From positions 51,208 through 115,207 of the IMG/VR virus record IMGVR_UViG_3300008107_000014: a stretch of DNA of 64,000 nt; one strand, written 5' to 3'. Position 1 is the first letter of the stretch. Every line of letters begins with the position of its first letter. Origin of the DNA: a virus. A program made the position numbers and the translations under genes. Positions 16,707 through 25,611 of this stretch are shown here, in pieces. Below the pieces are notes generated by a model. That model did not search any database and was not told where the DNA came from. It saw only the letters and a list, made by a program, of their open reading frames with translations.

Positions 16707-18263
16707 TTAGTCACTGTTAAGTTGTTGTTCTAGTTTACGAAGGTCGTCGTCATCTTGTTGATCAAAAATCGGTTGTCCGTCTTTATCGTATTGCAATTGT
16801 TTGTGTCCATCAACTATAAACAAACTATTAAATTCGTTATCAGCAGGACCGCCTTGTAGTCTAGCACCTTCTAATGCTTTTAAGAAACCTTTGGCATTAA
16901 AAATAAGTTGAAACGCTTCGTCTTTGGTTTTAGTATTAAACAATTCTTCAATGAATGTTGCAAAGTAAAGAATCTTACGAGGTACCCAATCACTGTATTC
17001 AGTTTCTTTCTTACCTTCTAGACTCCACATGCGCCAATCTGGTTTGTACTTAGCACACTCAATGTCCATGTATTGCTGGGCACGTTGTACTGCCTTAATA
17101 TGACACTCAACATTATGACCCATCATTAATGCATAAGCAAAACTATCCCAACTAGTTTTACCTTCTTTTTTAATTTTGTTTAACATGCCTGGTGCATAGT
17201 AACATACATCGCCCATTGCTAATCTACTGCCAACTTCACTTTCGAATGGGAACGGTATATCGGAGCCTGAAAGAGCCTTGGTATCTGGCGCTTTGTCCAT
17301 GATAACTGACCATCGTTTGTTTGTGTGTTGAGCGTTTGTGTAGACAAGTCCATGTGCCGTTGCAATGAACGGTGAGGCGCAATCAAAAGAGATGGTAAGT
17401 TCTTCATTAATGTGCTTTCGTATTTGACGTTGAATTAAAGTTAAGTAGCAAGACCAATCTAATTGAGCAGTGCCCAAGAAGTGGATCCAATTTTTGCCTT
17501 TCAGCAAACCGTCTTCACGCATCGTCATTAGACGTCTAAGCGTAATATCCATTTTACACATGTTAGCACCACCAAAGGCCCAACCTTCTGCGGCTTTATC
17601 ACCCCAGACTTTTTCATCGCTAAATTCTTTAACACCGTTGTACCACGTCTCCGCAGTTTCCCAGTTACTACCTTGTAGCACGTTTAAGAACTTAGTAGTT
17701 TTACCGTCTCGGTTCTCTAAAAAGAACTTATTGTTAAATTTAGTTTTATTCAAACAATCGTCAAAATCTTTTAATCCTGTCTTAGGCGCATGGATGTGAT
17801 CGCAGGCCCAAGTAGGAACGTCTAACATCATTGACCAGTCTGCGGTAAGTTCAAGCCAACGAAGAATGTCTAAGCGTGTTTTGTTTGCACTAGGACCATC
17901 AAAGTTCAGCCAGTCAAACTTAAGAACACCTTTACCAATCTGATACCCACCTGAATCTCCAACAATAACAGTATTGTCTCTGTCACGTTGTTGAATCATT
18001 GCCTCTTGAATAACACTTTTTTCAAGATTAAGTTGTGCATGACCTGCTGAGTACAGACCGTATTTGTATGTAAAGTATCCTTGTTCGGGATTTAAAAAGT
18101 TCATGCCTTCAATGCCTCTATCAAATCCGTCGGGGATTCGATCCGCAGCAATAAATTCTTCTACACGTTGCTTTGCAATGTATGTGCTATAAAAAGAACT
18201 GATAGCTGGCAAGTATACTGCGTAGTCTTTCTGTAATGGTGATAAGTTAACTGGTGGTTTCAT
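16707..18263 (-). CDS. dpdA: TGT-fold DNA deazaguanine transglycosylase (DpdA family)
   Basis: All TGT catalytic motifs in order: GDSGGYQ, MLDVP, NVLQG, GWAFGG, IHFLG, SFDCAS, GHN. Lacks the CxCxxC zinc motif of tRNA TGTs. Clustered with folE and queE. Confidence 0.8.
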   Translation of the reverse strand: MKPPVNLSPLQKDYAVYLPAISSFYSTYIAKQRVEEFIAADRIPDGFDRGIEGMNFLNPEQGYFTYKYGLYSAGHAQLNLEKSVIQEAMIQQRDRDNTVIVGDSGGYQIGKGVLKFDWLNFDGPSANKTRLDILRWLELTADWSMMLDVPTWACDHIHAPKTGLKDFDDCLNKTKFNNKFFLENRDGKTTKFLNVLQGSNWETAETWYNGVKEFSDEKVWGDKAAEGWAFGGANMCKMDITLRRLMTMREDGLLKGKNWIHFLGTAQLDWSCYLTLIQRQIRKHINEELTISFDCASPFIATAHGLVYTNAQHTNKRWSVIMDKAPDTKALSGSDIPFPFESEVGSRLAMGDVCYYAPGMLNKIKKEGKTSWDSFAYALMMGHNVECHIKAVQRAQQYMDIECAKYKPDWRMWSLEGKKETEYSDWVPRKILYFATFIEELFNTKTKDEAFQLIFNAKGFLKALEGARLQGGPADNEFNSLFIVDGHKQLQYDKDGQPIFDQQDDDDLRKLEQQLNSD

Positions 18264-18612
18264 ATTCTCTCGATAATTTTATTGTTACGTCTAATTGACG
18301 TTTTGCCTGTTCTAGATTGTCTAGTGCTATTTTAACAGCTTTGTTCTCAGAAGCCAAGCTTTCCCAAGCCCGTTCTTCGTCACGTTTTTTACGTGCCCAT
18401 TGTATGCTATCTAAAACATCTTGATCCATAGTAACTGTGGCATAACTGCTTGATAGCTGTTGCCAACTACTTCCGTTGAACACTTCAAGTTCTGTCATAT
18501 TAATACGTACCATACCTGTCATTGGATTACTGCTGTTAGGTGGCACATAAGGCAGAGTTGTATTTCCGCCTGATACTGTAATACCGCATGTGCCCATTAG
18601 ACCTTTAATCAT
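18247..18612 (-). CDS. hypothetical protein
   Basis: Start MIKGLMG after AAGGA. C-terminal coiled coil. Confidence 0.65.
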   Translation of the reverse strand: MIKGLMGTCGITVSGGNTTLPYVPPNSSNPMTGMVRINMTELEVFNGSSWQQLSSSYATVTMDQDVLDSIQWARKKRDEERAWESLASENKAVKIALDNLEQAKRQLDVTIKLSREYETTS

Positions 18613-18664
18613 AGTTAAATCCTTTACAAGTAGTGTACAGCCACAGCAAGGTTTTTGCAACCGT

Positions 18665-19432
18665 TTAGAGCAAACATACTTTATTGACTATTTCAGTAGC
18701 CCATGCAGCTATAGTTTTTGGACCCGCATGTAACCCATCGGCGGCTCGATCAGTATACTTGGGTAAACAGTCTGCATCTATCCACCGTGTACTATTAGAG
18801 TTTTCAACAACGGTAAATGTATAAAACGGTACGTGTTGCCAGATATGCGTAATACTAGCCCATTGCAATGCTCCATGTACTTCAGCATTGGGTTCGTGGT
18901 GTATCCAACCTTTATAACAATCATCGATGCCCTCGGGCAATTGTTCTTGATGAGATGTTAACATGCTGGCTAGCCATTGAGAACGCTGTATGGCCTGAGA
19001 CATGTGTACTGTGTTAGTTGGCACCATATGCACAGGTGATGACCATGTAAAATATGCCAATCGTGTAAGCTCTGGTGCAACCAATATAACAGCACGTGGT
19101 CGAATACCTTGTTTTACTAGAGCTAGGCTATTGTACAGTTGCACAGTCATACTACTAGCACAATAGCCTAGATTGATTACAGGACAATTGAGCATATGCT
19201 TTAACTGCCCTGGCAAACTATGCTCTACATTTACACCTACACCTAACACATGGCTACAACCTAAGACTATCACACTGTCGGACCATGTAATACTGTCCCA
19301 TTCATCGGTGCGATAGCCATTGCTGTTAAATTGATAGTTAATCTTGCCTGAGATATCTGTAGTACACTGATTACCTGACTGATAAGGAGAGGGTAATAGT
19401 AAGTGAGACTCGTCCCAGGGCAAGTTTTTCAT
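18665..19432 (-). CDS. SGNH-hydrolase-like protein
   Basis: YQFNSNGYR, VLGCSHVLG (GDS-like block I), INLG, terminal DGLH (DxxH). Confidence 0.55.
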   Translation of the reverse strand: MKNLPWDESHLLLPSPYQSGNQCTTDISGKINYQFNSNGYRTDEWDSITWSDSVIVLGCSHVLGVGVNVEHSLPGQLKHMLNCPVINLGYCASSMTVQLYNSLALVKQGIRPRAVILVAPELTRLAYFTWSSPVHMVPTNTVHMSQAIQRSQWLASMLTSHQEQLPEGIDDCYKGWIHHEPNAEVHGALQWASITHIWQHVPFYTFTVVENSNSTRWIDADCLPKYTDRAADGLHAGPKTIAAWATEIVNKVCLL

Positions 19433-19435
19433 ATT

Positions 19436-20176
19436 TTAGACAGCTTGTGCTGGAATAATATATTTGTAAGTTGCTAAACCGCTATCTAATGTAATTTGAA
19501 TAGCACCTTCATTTGACAAACTCATCTTTGTATTATTAGCATCGGCATTGCTTAGGATGCTCATGATCGGAGCAACCGGCCATGTCCAGCCGCGATCTAA
19601 TTTACCTGCAACATTTGATGCAAATACAAACTCACCACCGTGTGTGCTAGCATCACCAAAGATAAACTTTAAATTGCCGCTGTCGGTCTTAGCCAAGAAT
19701 GTTGGCTGTTCATTATTAGCACCAGCTTGGAATTTAAAACGCTTGACTGCTTCAACAGTTGGCTCAACTTCAACATCCCACTTGACGCCACGGAACTTAA
19801 CAGTCTTCATCTTTTCGTTGATGATTTCTGTGTTCATAAAGCGATAATCATTTTTAAAATCGCTGTCTTTGTTTTCAAAGTGCAATCCTGTTGGAACAGT
19901 TGCTCCGTTGCGTTCTGCTGTAGTAACAGCAATTTTAGCATCGTCTTTGTAGACATCGCCGTCTAACAAATATTTCAATTTGTTAAGCTGTGGCATACCA
20001 AATACACCTAGCATCTGTGGATATGGATTAGCAGTCTCTGCTTCCATAATAACAGAACGATTGTCTGCCATTGCATTTAATACAGTCTTTTCGTCTGTAC
20101 CAGTTACTTTAACTGTAGTAAGCAATCCGCCAATATCATGTGTGTGGCGAACGATGTCTTGTAAAATATCTTTCAT
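19436..20176 (-). CDS. gp45: DNA sliding clamp (gp45/PCNA-like)
   Basis: 246 aa with a two-domain beta/alpha pattern and a PCNA-like C-terminus (YKYIIPA). Lies directly downstream of the DNA polymerase. Confidence 0.7.
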   Translation of the reverse strand: MKDILQDIVRHTHDIGGLLTTVKVTGTDEKTVLNAMADNRSVIMEAETANPYPQMLGVFGMPQLNKLKYLLDGDVYKDDAKIAVTTAERNGATVPTGLHFENKDSDFKNDYRFMNTEIINEKMKTVKFRGVKWDVEVEPTVEAVKRFKFQAGANNEQPTFLAKTDSGNLKFIFGDASTHGGEFVFASNVAGKLDRGWTWPVAPIMSILSNADANNTKMSLSNEGAIQITLDSGLATYKYIIPAQAV

Positions 20177-20236
20177 TGAGAATTCTCCGTTAGTGTTAAG
20201 ATTATATTTAGATCGTTGACAAAGAGCAAATTAATT

Positions 20237-22903
20237 TTACTCAAAATCAAACAATTTTCCGAATGTGTTGTCACTGCGAGTTGAGCTGATGTCCCATTCC
20301 AAGACACCGATCAAGTTTTCTAGCTTTTCGTCGATAACTGCATTTTCCATATCAGCATCGTTAAAAGGCATGTCCTTAAACCACTGAGGTAATCTAAGTT
20401 CATCTACAGGATACGCTACACTAGTATACCCCATTGGATTGTCTTTAATTTTACAAACAATTACTTTTGCACCGTCTGTAATATTCATTGAATACTTGTC
20501 ATCCATCATACGCTTTAAAGTATTCCAATTCAAACTAGCACGGACATGTCCGGGCATATTTGTTTTTCCTGCTTTCTTTTCTTTGTTAGCGTATTCTGTA
20601 ATGTTGTTAGCACGTTTAGGACTACCTTTCTCCCAACCAGGTCTTGTTTTAAACTCAGTTCGAAAATTAGTAATGTATTCAAGCACATCTTCTTGGGTAC
20701 CATTATTTAGGACCATAGTTAGTACTTCACTTAAAAAGTCTTGAATAACAACAGGCGTATCACTACGCTTAAGGTCTAAGCCCATGGCCTTAATCTTACC
20801 AGGCTTGCCGTCTACGTCTGCTCGTTTGCCTTCCTTGTCATAGTAAAGTACTGCATATCGTTTCTTCGTGATGAACAGTCCGCGACTTGCAACAATTTCA
20901 CGACCAGCTTTAATAACTTCGCCACGTGACTTTGGACAATGAAATGCGTCTTGCATAAATTTAGGAAACGTATCGTTGACTTCTTCACCAATTTGATCAT
21001 AGAGTTGAACAACACTTTCTTTGGTCCACGGCAATCGTCCAGCATCGATTTCTTTTCTTAATGTTGGATATGCTGTAAAGTAACATGAGTCAGTGTCACC
21101 GTAGATAATTGCTTTACCAATATGATTATTTTCACCAGTAACAATTTCGTTGACTTTTCCTGCCATATGTTGTGCAATTGCACGACCTGTTAGTGTAGTT
21201 GATTGTCCGATTCGGTTATCAAAAAATCTACAACCAGGGTTAAGAATAGCACCATACAAACTGTTAAGCAAAATCTTTTTAACTAGCTGACGTTTATCCC
21301 AGTATTCTTCTTCAATCTTATTGCCTGCTTTAATACAGTCTTTAAGTTTAGCCTGCATCTCTTTACGTTCGGCATACCAACGCTTTAGTAATCCAGGAAT
21401 AATGCCTTCAATTTCGTAGGTAAAGATTGTGCCGTTGGCACTTAGCATCCAAGGTTGATTGCTGTCAAAGATTAAATCATATACCTGTGCCGCAGACAAC
21501 GTATCGCTGCCTCCGTTTGCCCAATCAATGGTTAACTCACGTCCTACCTCTTTGGCCATGACACTTGTGTATTCTACTGCACCAAACATTCCTTCCCATG
21601 CAGCCGCAAAACTTTTACCTTTTGCAATCTCTGCATCGATATATGCCTTGGTTCCGTCTTGACGTAACTGTCCAATAATAGTTTCTGGACCCATGTTCAA
21701 TGCACGAATTGCTGAGGGATACAGTGAGTTAATGTCAAGTGACCCAATCCATTCGTGAATGCCCTTCTTTGGATATGCAACATACGCACCTGCCGCAGGT
21801 TCACTACCTGGCTCACGTTGTATACGGTTAGGAACAATCATTCCTCGGCGATGTGCCTCGTTAATAATAGCCTGTTCGGTTACAGCTACAGCACCCATTG
21901 TCGTTGCCAACAGCACTGTGTTTTCATGAGCAATGGTATTTGCAAGGTCTAAGAATTTTAATTTTTTATCTAGCTTGTCTAACAGCAATGTATCTTGCCT
22001 GTTGTATTCAATAAACTTACGGAAGTCTTCGTTATACAACTGATCTAGTGTACCTTCGTAGACTGTCTTTGTATCGCCAATTTCCATTTCTGCAATAGCA
22101 TCAAGTCGATAAGTGTGACGTTCTTCATAGGTATACTTACGGTACAGTTCTAAGCTATCTAAGTGTACACGCCCAATAAAGTCATAGGTAACAGCAGCTT
22201 TACCATATTTTTCATATTCTCGTTTCTTTGGAAATTGATTCCATAGACAAAATCTGCGTGTGTCGTCTTTGCTTAGTACTTTAATGACACGATTAACAGT
22301 GTAGGGAATATCAAAGCCTTCACTGTTCCAGCCACTTAATACATCCGCATCGTCAATTAAGTTTAAAAATGTATCGAGCATTTCTGCTTCGTTGTCAAAC
22401 AAAAATGTATTAGGAAAGTCTTTAACTGATTCTTTGGCCTGCACCATTGAAATAGTCTTTGGCGGTATTGCCAAGGTGATTAAACTATCAAGCCATTGTA
22501 AGTATACTGTGATAGCTGTAATTGGCATGAATGCATCGTCTGGTGCCGCATAGCCGCGTTCTGGATCAAAGTCTACTTCGATGTCAAAGAAACAAACGTT
22601 TAGTTTTGGAGCATCAACATTTAAATAGTTTTCTTCAAAACAACGGAATACAGGTTTAATGTCTGATTCGTATAGTTTCTTACCGCTATAAGCTCTTAGT
22701 TCTTTGTGGAGGTCTTTAAGGTTTCTGCAATTAACTCGTGTTAACGGTTCGCCGAAAATTGATTTGTGTTTTCCTCTTGAATCTTGATAATAAAAGAGGT
22801 GTTTTGCGGGGTATTCTTTATAGTGACGTTGCCCTTTTTCGTCACGCTCAACAACGTTGATAATATCATTATCGCGGTCGTAGAAAGCATCTACGTAGCT
22901 CAT
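20237..22903 (-). CDS. gp43: family B DNA polymerase
   Basis: Exonuclease FDIE, WNSEGFDIPY, YNRQD; polymerase DINSLYPS, KKILLNSLYG, YGDTDS, KKRYA. Confidence 0.97.
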   Translation of the reverse strand: MSYVDAFYDRDNDIINVVERDEKGQRHYKEYPAKHLFYYQDSRGKHKSIFGEPLTRVNCRNLKDLHKELRAYSGKKLYESDIKPVFRCFEENYLNVDAPKLNVCFFDIEVDFDPERGYAAPDDAFMPITAITVYLQWLDSLITLAIPPKTISMVQAKESVKDFPNTFLFDNEAEMLDTFLNLIDDADVLSGWNSEGFDIPYTVNRVIKVLSKDDTRRFCLWNQFPKKREYEKYGKAAVTYDFIGRVHLDSLELYRKYTYEERHTYRLDAIAEMEIGDTKTVYEGTLDQLYNEDFRKFIEYNRQDTLLLDKLDKKLKFLDLANTIAHENTVLLATTMGAVAVTEQAIINEAHRRGMIVPNRIQREPGSEPAAGAYVAYPKKGIHEWIGSLDINSLYPSAIRALNMGPETIIGQLRQDGTKAYIDAEIAKGKSFAAAWEGMFGAVEYTSVMAKEVGRELTIDWANGGSDTLSAAQVYDLIFDSNQPWMLSANGTIFTYEIEGIIPGLLKRWYAERKEMQAKLKDCIKAGNKIEEEYWDKRQLVKKILLNSLYGAILNPGCRFFDNRIGQSTTLTGRAIAQHMAGKVNEIVTGENNHIGKAIIYGDTDSCYFTAYPTLRKEIDAGRLPWTKESVVQLYDQIGEEVNDTFPKFMQDAFHCPKSRGEVIKAGREIVASRGLFITKKRYAVLYYDKEGKRADVDGKPGKIKAMGLDLKRSDTPVVIQDFLSEVLTMVLNNGTQEDVLEYITNFRTEFKTRPGWEKGSPKRANNITEYANKEKKAGKTNMPGHVRASLNWNTLKRMMDDKYSMNITDGAKVIVCKIKDNPMGYTSVAYPVDELRLPQWFKDMPFNDADMENAVIDEKLENLIGVLEWDISSTRSDNTFGKLFDFE

Positions 22904-22915
22904 TGTATTCTCCTA

Positions 22916-22963
22916 TGTCATTTACGGCTGACAAACACCAAACATGCGGTTTATGGCCCGCAT
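22916..22963 (-). promoter_or_regulatory. tandem RNA hairpins directly 5' of the DNA polymerase SD (candidate translational operator)
   Basis: AUGCGG-GCCAUAAA-CCGCAU and UGUCA-GCCGUAAA-UGACA, followed by UAGGAGA..AUG. Confidence 0.7.
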
Positions 22964-22970
22964 ACCTTGC

Positions 22971-23264
22971 TTAAAAATTATTTATCATCCTTATATAGGC
23001 AATTAAGTCTATACTGGCAATTAGTGCATAGTTAGCAATCATACCGGTGCTGCCTCTAGTCCAAGCAGCCCATGCAAATATTGTACACTGGAACACGAAT
23101 AACGGATATAGGTATATAAACGGCGGATTGGGCAATGTATATCCCATCCAGATTGTGCAACCTATACTCATTGTCCATGCCAATAGCTCTAATGTGAATC
23201 TTAGAGGATAGCTAGCGTAATCCTCTTTGATCCAAATAATTGTCGGCTTAAGCGAATCTATCAT
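22971..23264 (-). CDS. small multi-pass membrane protein
   Basis: 97 aa with three hydrophobic segments. Confidence 0.7.
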   Translation of the reverse strand: MIDSLKPTIIWIKEDYASYPLRFTLELLAWTMSIGCTIWMGYTLPNPPFIYLYPLFVFQCTIFAWAAWTRGSTGMIANYALIASIDLIAYIRMINNF

Positions 23265-23521
23265 TCAGGCAAATGCTTTGTTACACCTAGAATCATTTCA
23301 ATTTCATCCCACTCTTCTTCGTGCGCTTTCCAGTTATCCTTGTGGGCGATTCTAATTGCTTTGTTGATGATGCTTGGTTTGATTTGCAGTTCTTCTGCTA
23401 CTGCTTTGACGGTTTCTTTGAGACCTTCTTGTAAATCTTCTAGTTCACGTAATACATTAGAACCCTCGTTGATTAAACGTTCTAATTTTGCTTTTTCTTC
23501 GGGACCGTACATTTTAGCCAT
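23261..23521 (-). CDS. T4 DsbA/GapR-like dsDNA-binding protein
   Basis: Helical 86 aa: KLERLINEG...LKETVKAVAEELQIKPSIINKAIRIAHK. Confidence 0.65.
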   Translation of the reverse strand: MAKMYGPEEKAKLERLINEGSNVLRELEDLQEGLKETVKAVAEELQIKPSIINKAIRIAHKDNWKAHEEEWDEIEMILGVTKHLPE

Positions 23522-23541
23522 ATAATTCTCCTTATAAAACT

Positions 23542-23570
23542 ATTATACAGCCAACAAAAAAGCCGGTCAA
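23542..23570 (-). promoter_or_regulatory. sigma70-type promoter for the dsbA-pol-clamp-dpdA block
   Basis: TTGACC-17 nt-TATAAT on the minus strand. Confidence 0.75.
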
Positions 23571-23590
23571 CTAATTGCCGGCTTTTTGTT
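23553..23590 (-). terminator. intrinsic (bidirectional-type) terminator
   Basis: AAAAAGCCGG-CAATTAGTTGA-CCGGCTTTTTT just after the 23605 ORF stop. Confidence 0.8.
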
Positions 23591-23604
23591 ACCAAAGTAT
23601 TAAC

Positions 23605-24525
23605 TTACTTTGTTTCTGATAGTACGTCGAATAGTTGGAATTCGCCACCCATGCGTTCGTAAACAAATGCTGCCATTGCGTCTGCTGACACACCTTCTTG
23701 CACTTTGCTAACTGCAACACGTTGAGCCCACTTCCATAAAGCGCCATCAACTGGATCGATCTGTTGTTGACCACCGCTTTCTTTAACTAACTGTAGGCAT
23801 TGTTTGAATGAATACTTTTGTTGTACGCTTTCTTTAACTGGACGCTTCTTGCCTTTTGGCATCATTGCACTTTCGGTCTTCTTACCAAAATACTTGGCTT
23901 GCTTATCGCTCATGCCTTTCTTTCCGTCTTTCTCTTCACCTGACTCTTCGCTATCATCAGCTTCTGTATCTTTGCCTTTACCGAGATCATTCTTACCCTT
24001 ACCATCGGCTGCAAATGCTGGAACTTTCTTTCCGTTTACTGTGGTCATTGGCAAACCGCCTTCTGCCATTTTCTTTTTCTTAGCGTCTTTCTTCTTGTCA
24101 GCTTCTTCTTTCTTAGCTTCAACCATTGATTGGAACTTAGAACGTGCAGCTTTTTGAGCTGCTGTAGACTCTTCAACACCTTTCTTAGCGGCTTTCTTAG
24201 CAGCTTTTTCGTCTGCTTCGTCGCTGTCTTCTTCTTTATCTTCGTCTGAGCTACCACCGTAGGCCTTGCCTTTTACAGCAGTTCCTGTGTGTGACTTACC
24301 GGACTTGTCTGTCCATGATTTGTCAGCTTTAGTAGCTTCTTTAACTGTTTCATCTTTAGCTTTACGTCCTTCTTCAAGGATTGAGCTAACACCTGCTAAA
24401 ACTCTCATTTGAGCGTCTTCTGCAAGTACAACCTTTGGTTGTTGTGTTGATTGGCTGCTCGCTACCGCTGTCTTTTCGACTGGGTTAATAGAGTCCAATT
24501 TCTGTAGCATTTTGTGAAAGTCCAT
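23605..24525 (-). CDS. highly charged Lys/Glu-rich protein, probable prohead core/internal protein
   Basis: Low complexity, repeated V/L-x-E sites (VKE, VEE, LEE, LSE), TAAATA upstream. Confidence 0.55.
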   Translation of the reverse strand: MDFHKMLQKLDSINPVEKTAVASSQSTQQPKVVLAEDAQMRVLAGVSSILEEGRKAKDETVKEATKADKSWTDKSGKSHTGTAVKGKAYGGSSDEDKEEDSDEADEKAAKKAAKKGVEESTAAQKAARSKFQSMVEAKKEEADKKKDAKKKKMAEGGLPMTTVNGKKVPAFAADGKGKNDLGKGKDTEADDSEESGEEKDGKKGMSDKQAKYFGKKTESAMMPKGKKRPVKESVQQKYSFKQCLQLVKESGGQQQIDPVDGALWKWAQRVAVSKVQEGVSADAMAAFVYERMGGEFQLFDVLSETK

Positions 24526-24563
24526 GTATTTCTCCGATTGTTCTTTACAGGCGTATATGTTAT

Positions 24564-24818
24564 TTATCTTTTGATAGCGTTACTGCCACCAAATAAACTT
24601 GTATTTTGATCTAGGGCACTAACAGCAGTACCGTCTTTGTTCTTTTTTTGCTTGACTTTTGGCTGCGGAGGCGCTTTTGTGCCGGATTTACCCGGACTAC
24701 CTATGTAACTGGTCTTGCCTCTTGCAGTGCCAGGGCTAATGTGCGGATTTTCAACCGTACCAATATTAGCAGTGGATGTTGTACTGGCATCTGTTTCCAA
24801 AAGTTCTCTTATTTTCAT
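24564..24818 (-). CDS. small basic putative internal head protein
   Basis: Starts MKIRELLE, TAAATA 5 nt upstream. Confidence 0.6.
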   Translation of the reverse strand: MKIRELLETDASTTSTANIGTVENPHISPGTARGKTSYIGSPGKSGTKAPPQPKVKQKKNKDGTAVSALDQNTSLFGGSNAIKR

Positions 24819-24822
24819 ACTA

Positions 24823-25611
24823 TTATTTATTATAATTTGAAAGGTATCTGTATAACTCTTTCTTAATCTTATTCCAAGACCCTTCCTTGCTAGTTTTAAG
24901 AAATCGCCCATAATATTCAAGAGCATTCCAAAGAACGTTTAAGTTAGGAACTTGTATGATTTTACTACCAACAACCGCATAATCTTGTCTTTGCGCCTGT
25001 TTAAGAATATTGTCAATTAATCCAATGCCCTTATCCCCCACAGCATTGTGTATGTCGTTGGCTATCTGCGCTACCCAAGCATCTCTTTCCATGTTATTCA
25101 GCATATAGATGTAATACTTGTCGCGTTCGTTGTGTGCCACAGGTGGCTGCTTTTTCCAAACATCTGTTTCGATGTCGTAAACACTATCATCGTCTGTTGC
25201 TTTTTTAATTTGACTTGTTCGCTGACTAGCGTGTGCAAATTCATGCACCATAATAGAACTTAATCTATCAATAAAATTCTTAGCAGTCTTTTCGTCTGTT
25301 GGTGCATGTGCTACATTTACTTCAACTGTAACAGTATGCTCTATTGGAATGCCGCTGATTTCGTGTTCTGCGTTAATAACAGAGTAGGCAACATCCGGAC
25401 GATCAAGCATCTTATGTTTAATTGACAGCTTGCGATCGATGTGTTGTTCTTTCCATGCTGCTAGTTCTCTACTGGCATTTAAATTCTTAAAGAACTTGGT
25501 ATACCATTCGAGGTCGTTTTTATAGTTGCCAATTTTAGCAACCGCAGTGGCAATCCATGGGCGTATCCATGATGTTTCTGTGCGTTCTTTTAGTATTTCG
25601 TATGATCTCAT
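24823..25611 (-). CDS. zincin-like (HExxH) metalloprotease, putative virion-packaged
   Basis: VHEFAHASQ ... YMLNNMERDAW. Starts MRSYEILKE. Confidence 0.65.
   Translation of the reverse strand: MRSYEILKERTETSWIRPWIATAVAKIGNYKNDLEWYTKFFKNLNASRELAAWKEQHIDRKLSIKHKMLDRPDVAYSVINAEHEISGIPIEHTVTVEVNVAHAPTDEKTAKNFIDRLSSIMVHEFAHASQRTSQIKKATDDDSVYDIETDVWKKQPPVAHNERDKYYIYMLNNMERDAWVAQIANDIHNAVGDKGIGLIDNILKQAQRQDYAVVGSKIIQVPNLNVLWNALEYYGRFLKTSKEGSWNKIKKELYRYLSNYNK

Noticed and set aside
16707-18263. Ordinary tRNA-guanine transglycosylase (tgt)
   Set aside because: Too long and divergent, no CxCxxC zinc site, no queC/queF/queA nearby, and located next to clamp and polymerase. A DNA-acting DpdA fits better, though tRNA activity is not excluded.
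20237-22903. Intein/intron or Z-base-specific polymerase
   Set aside because: Continuous 888-aa PolB with canonical motifs; no purZ or datZ in the window.
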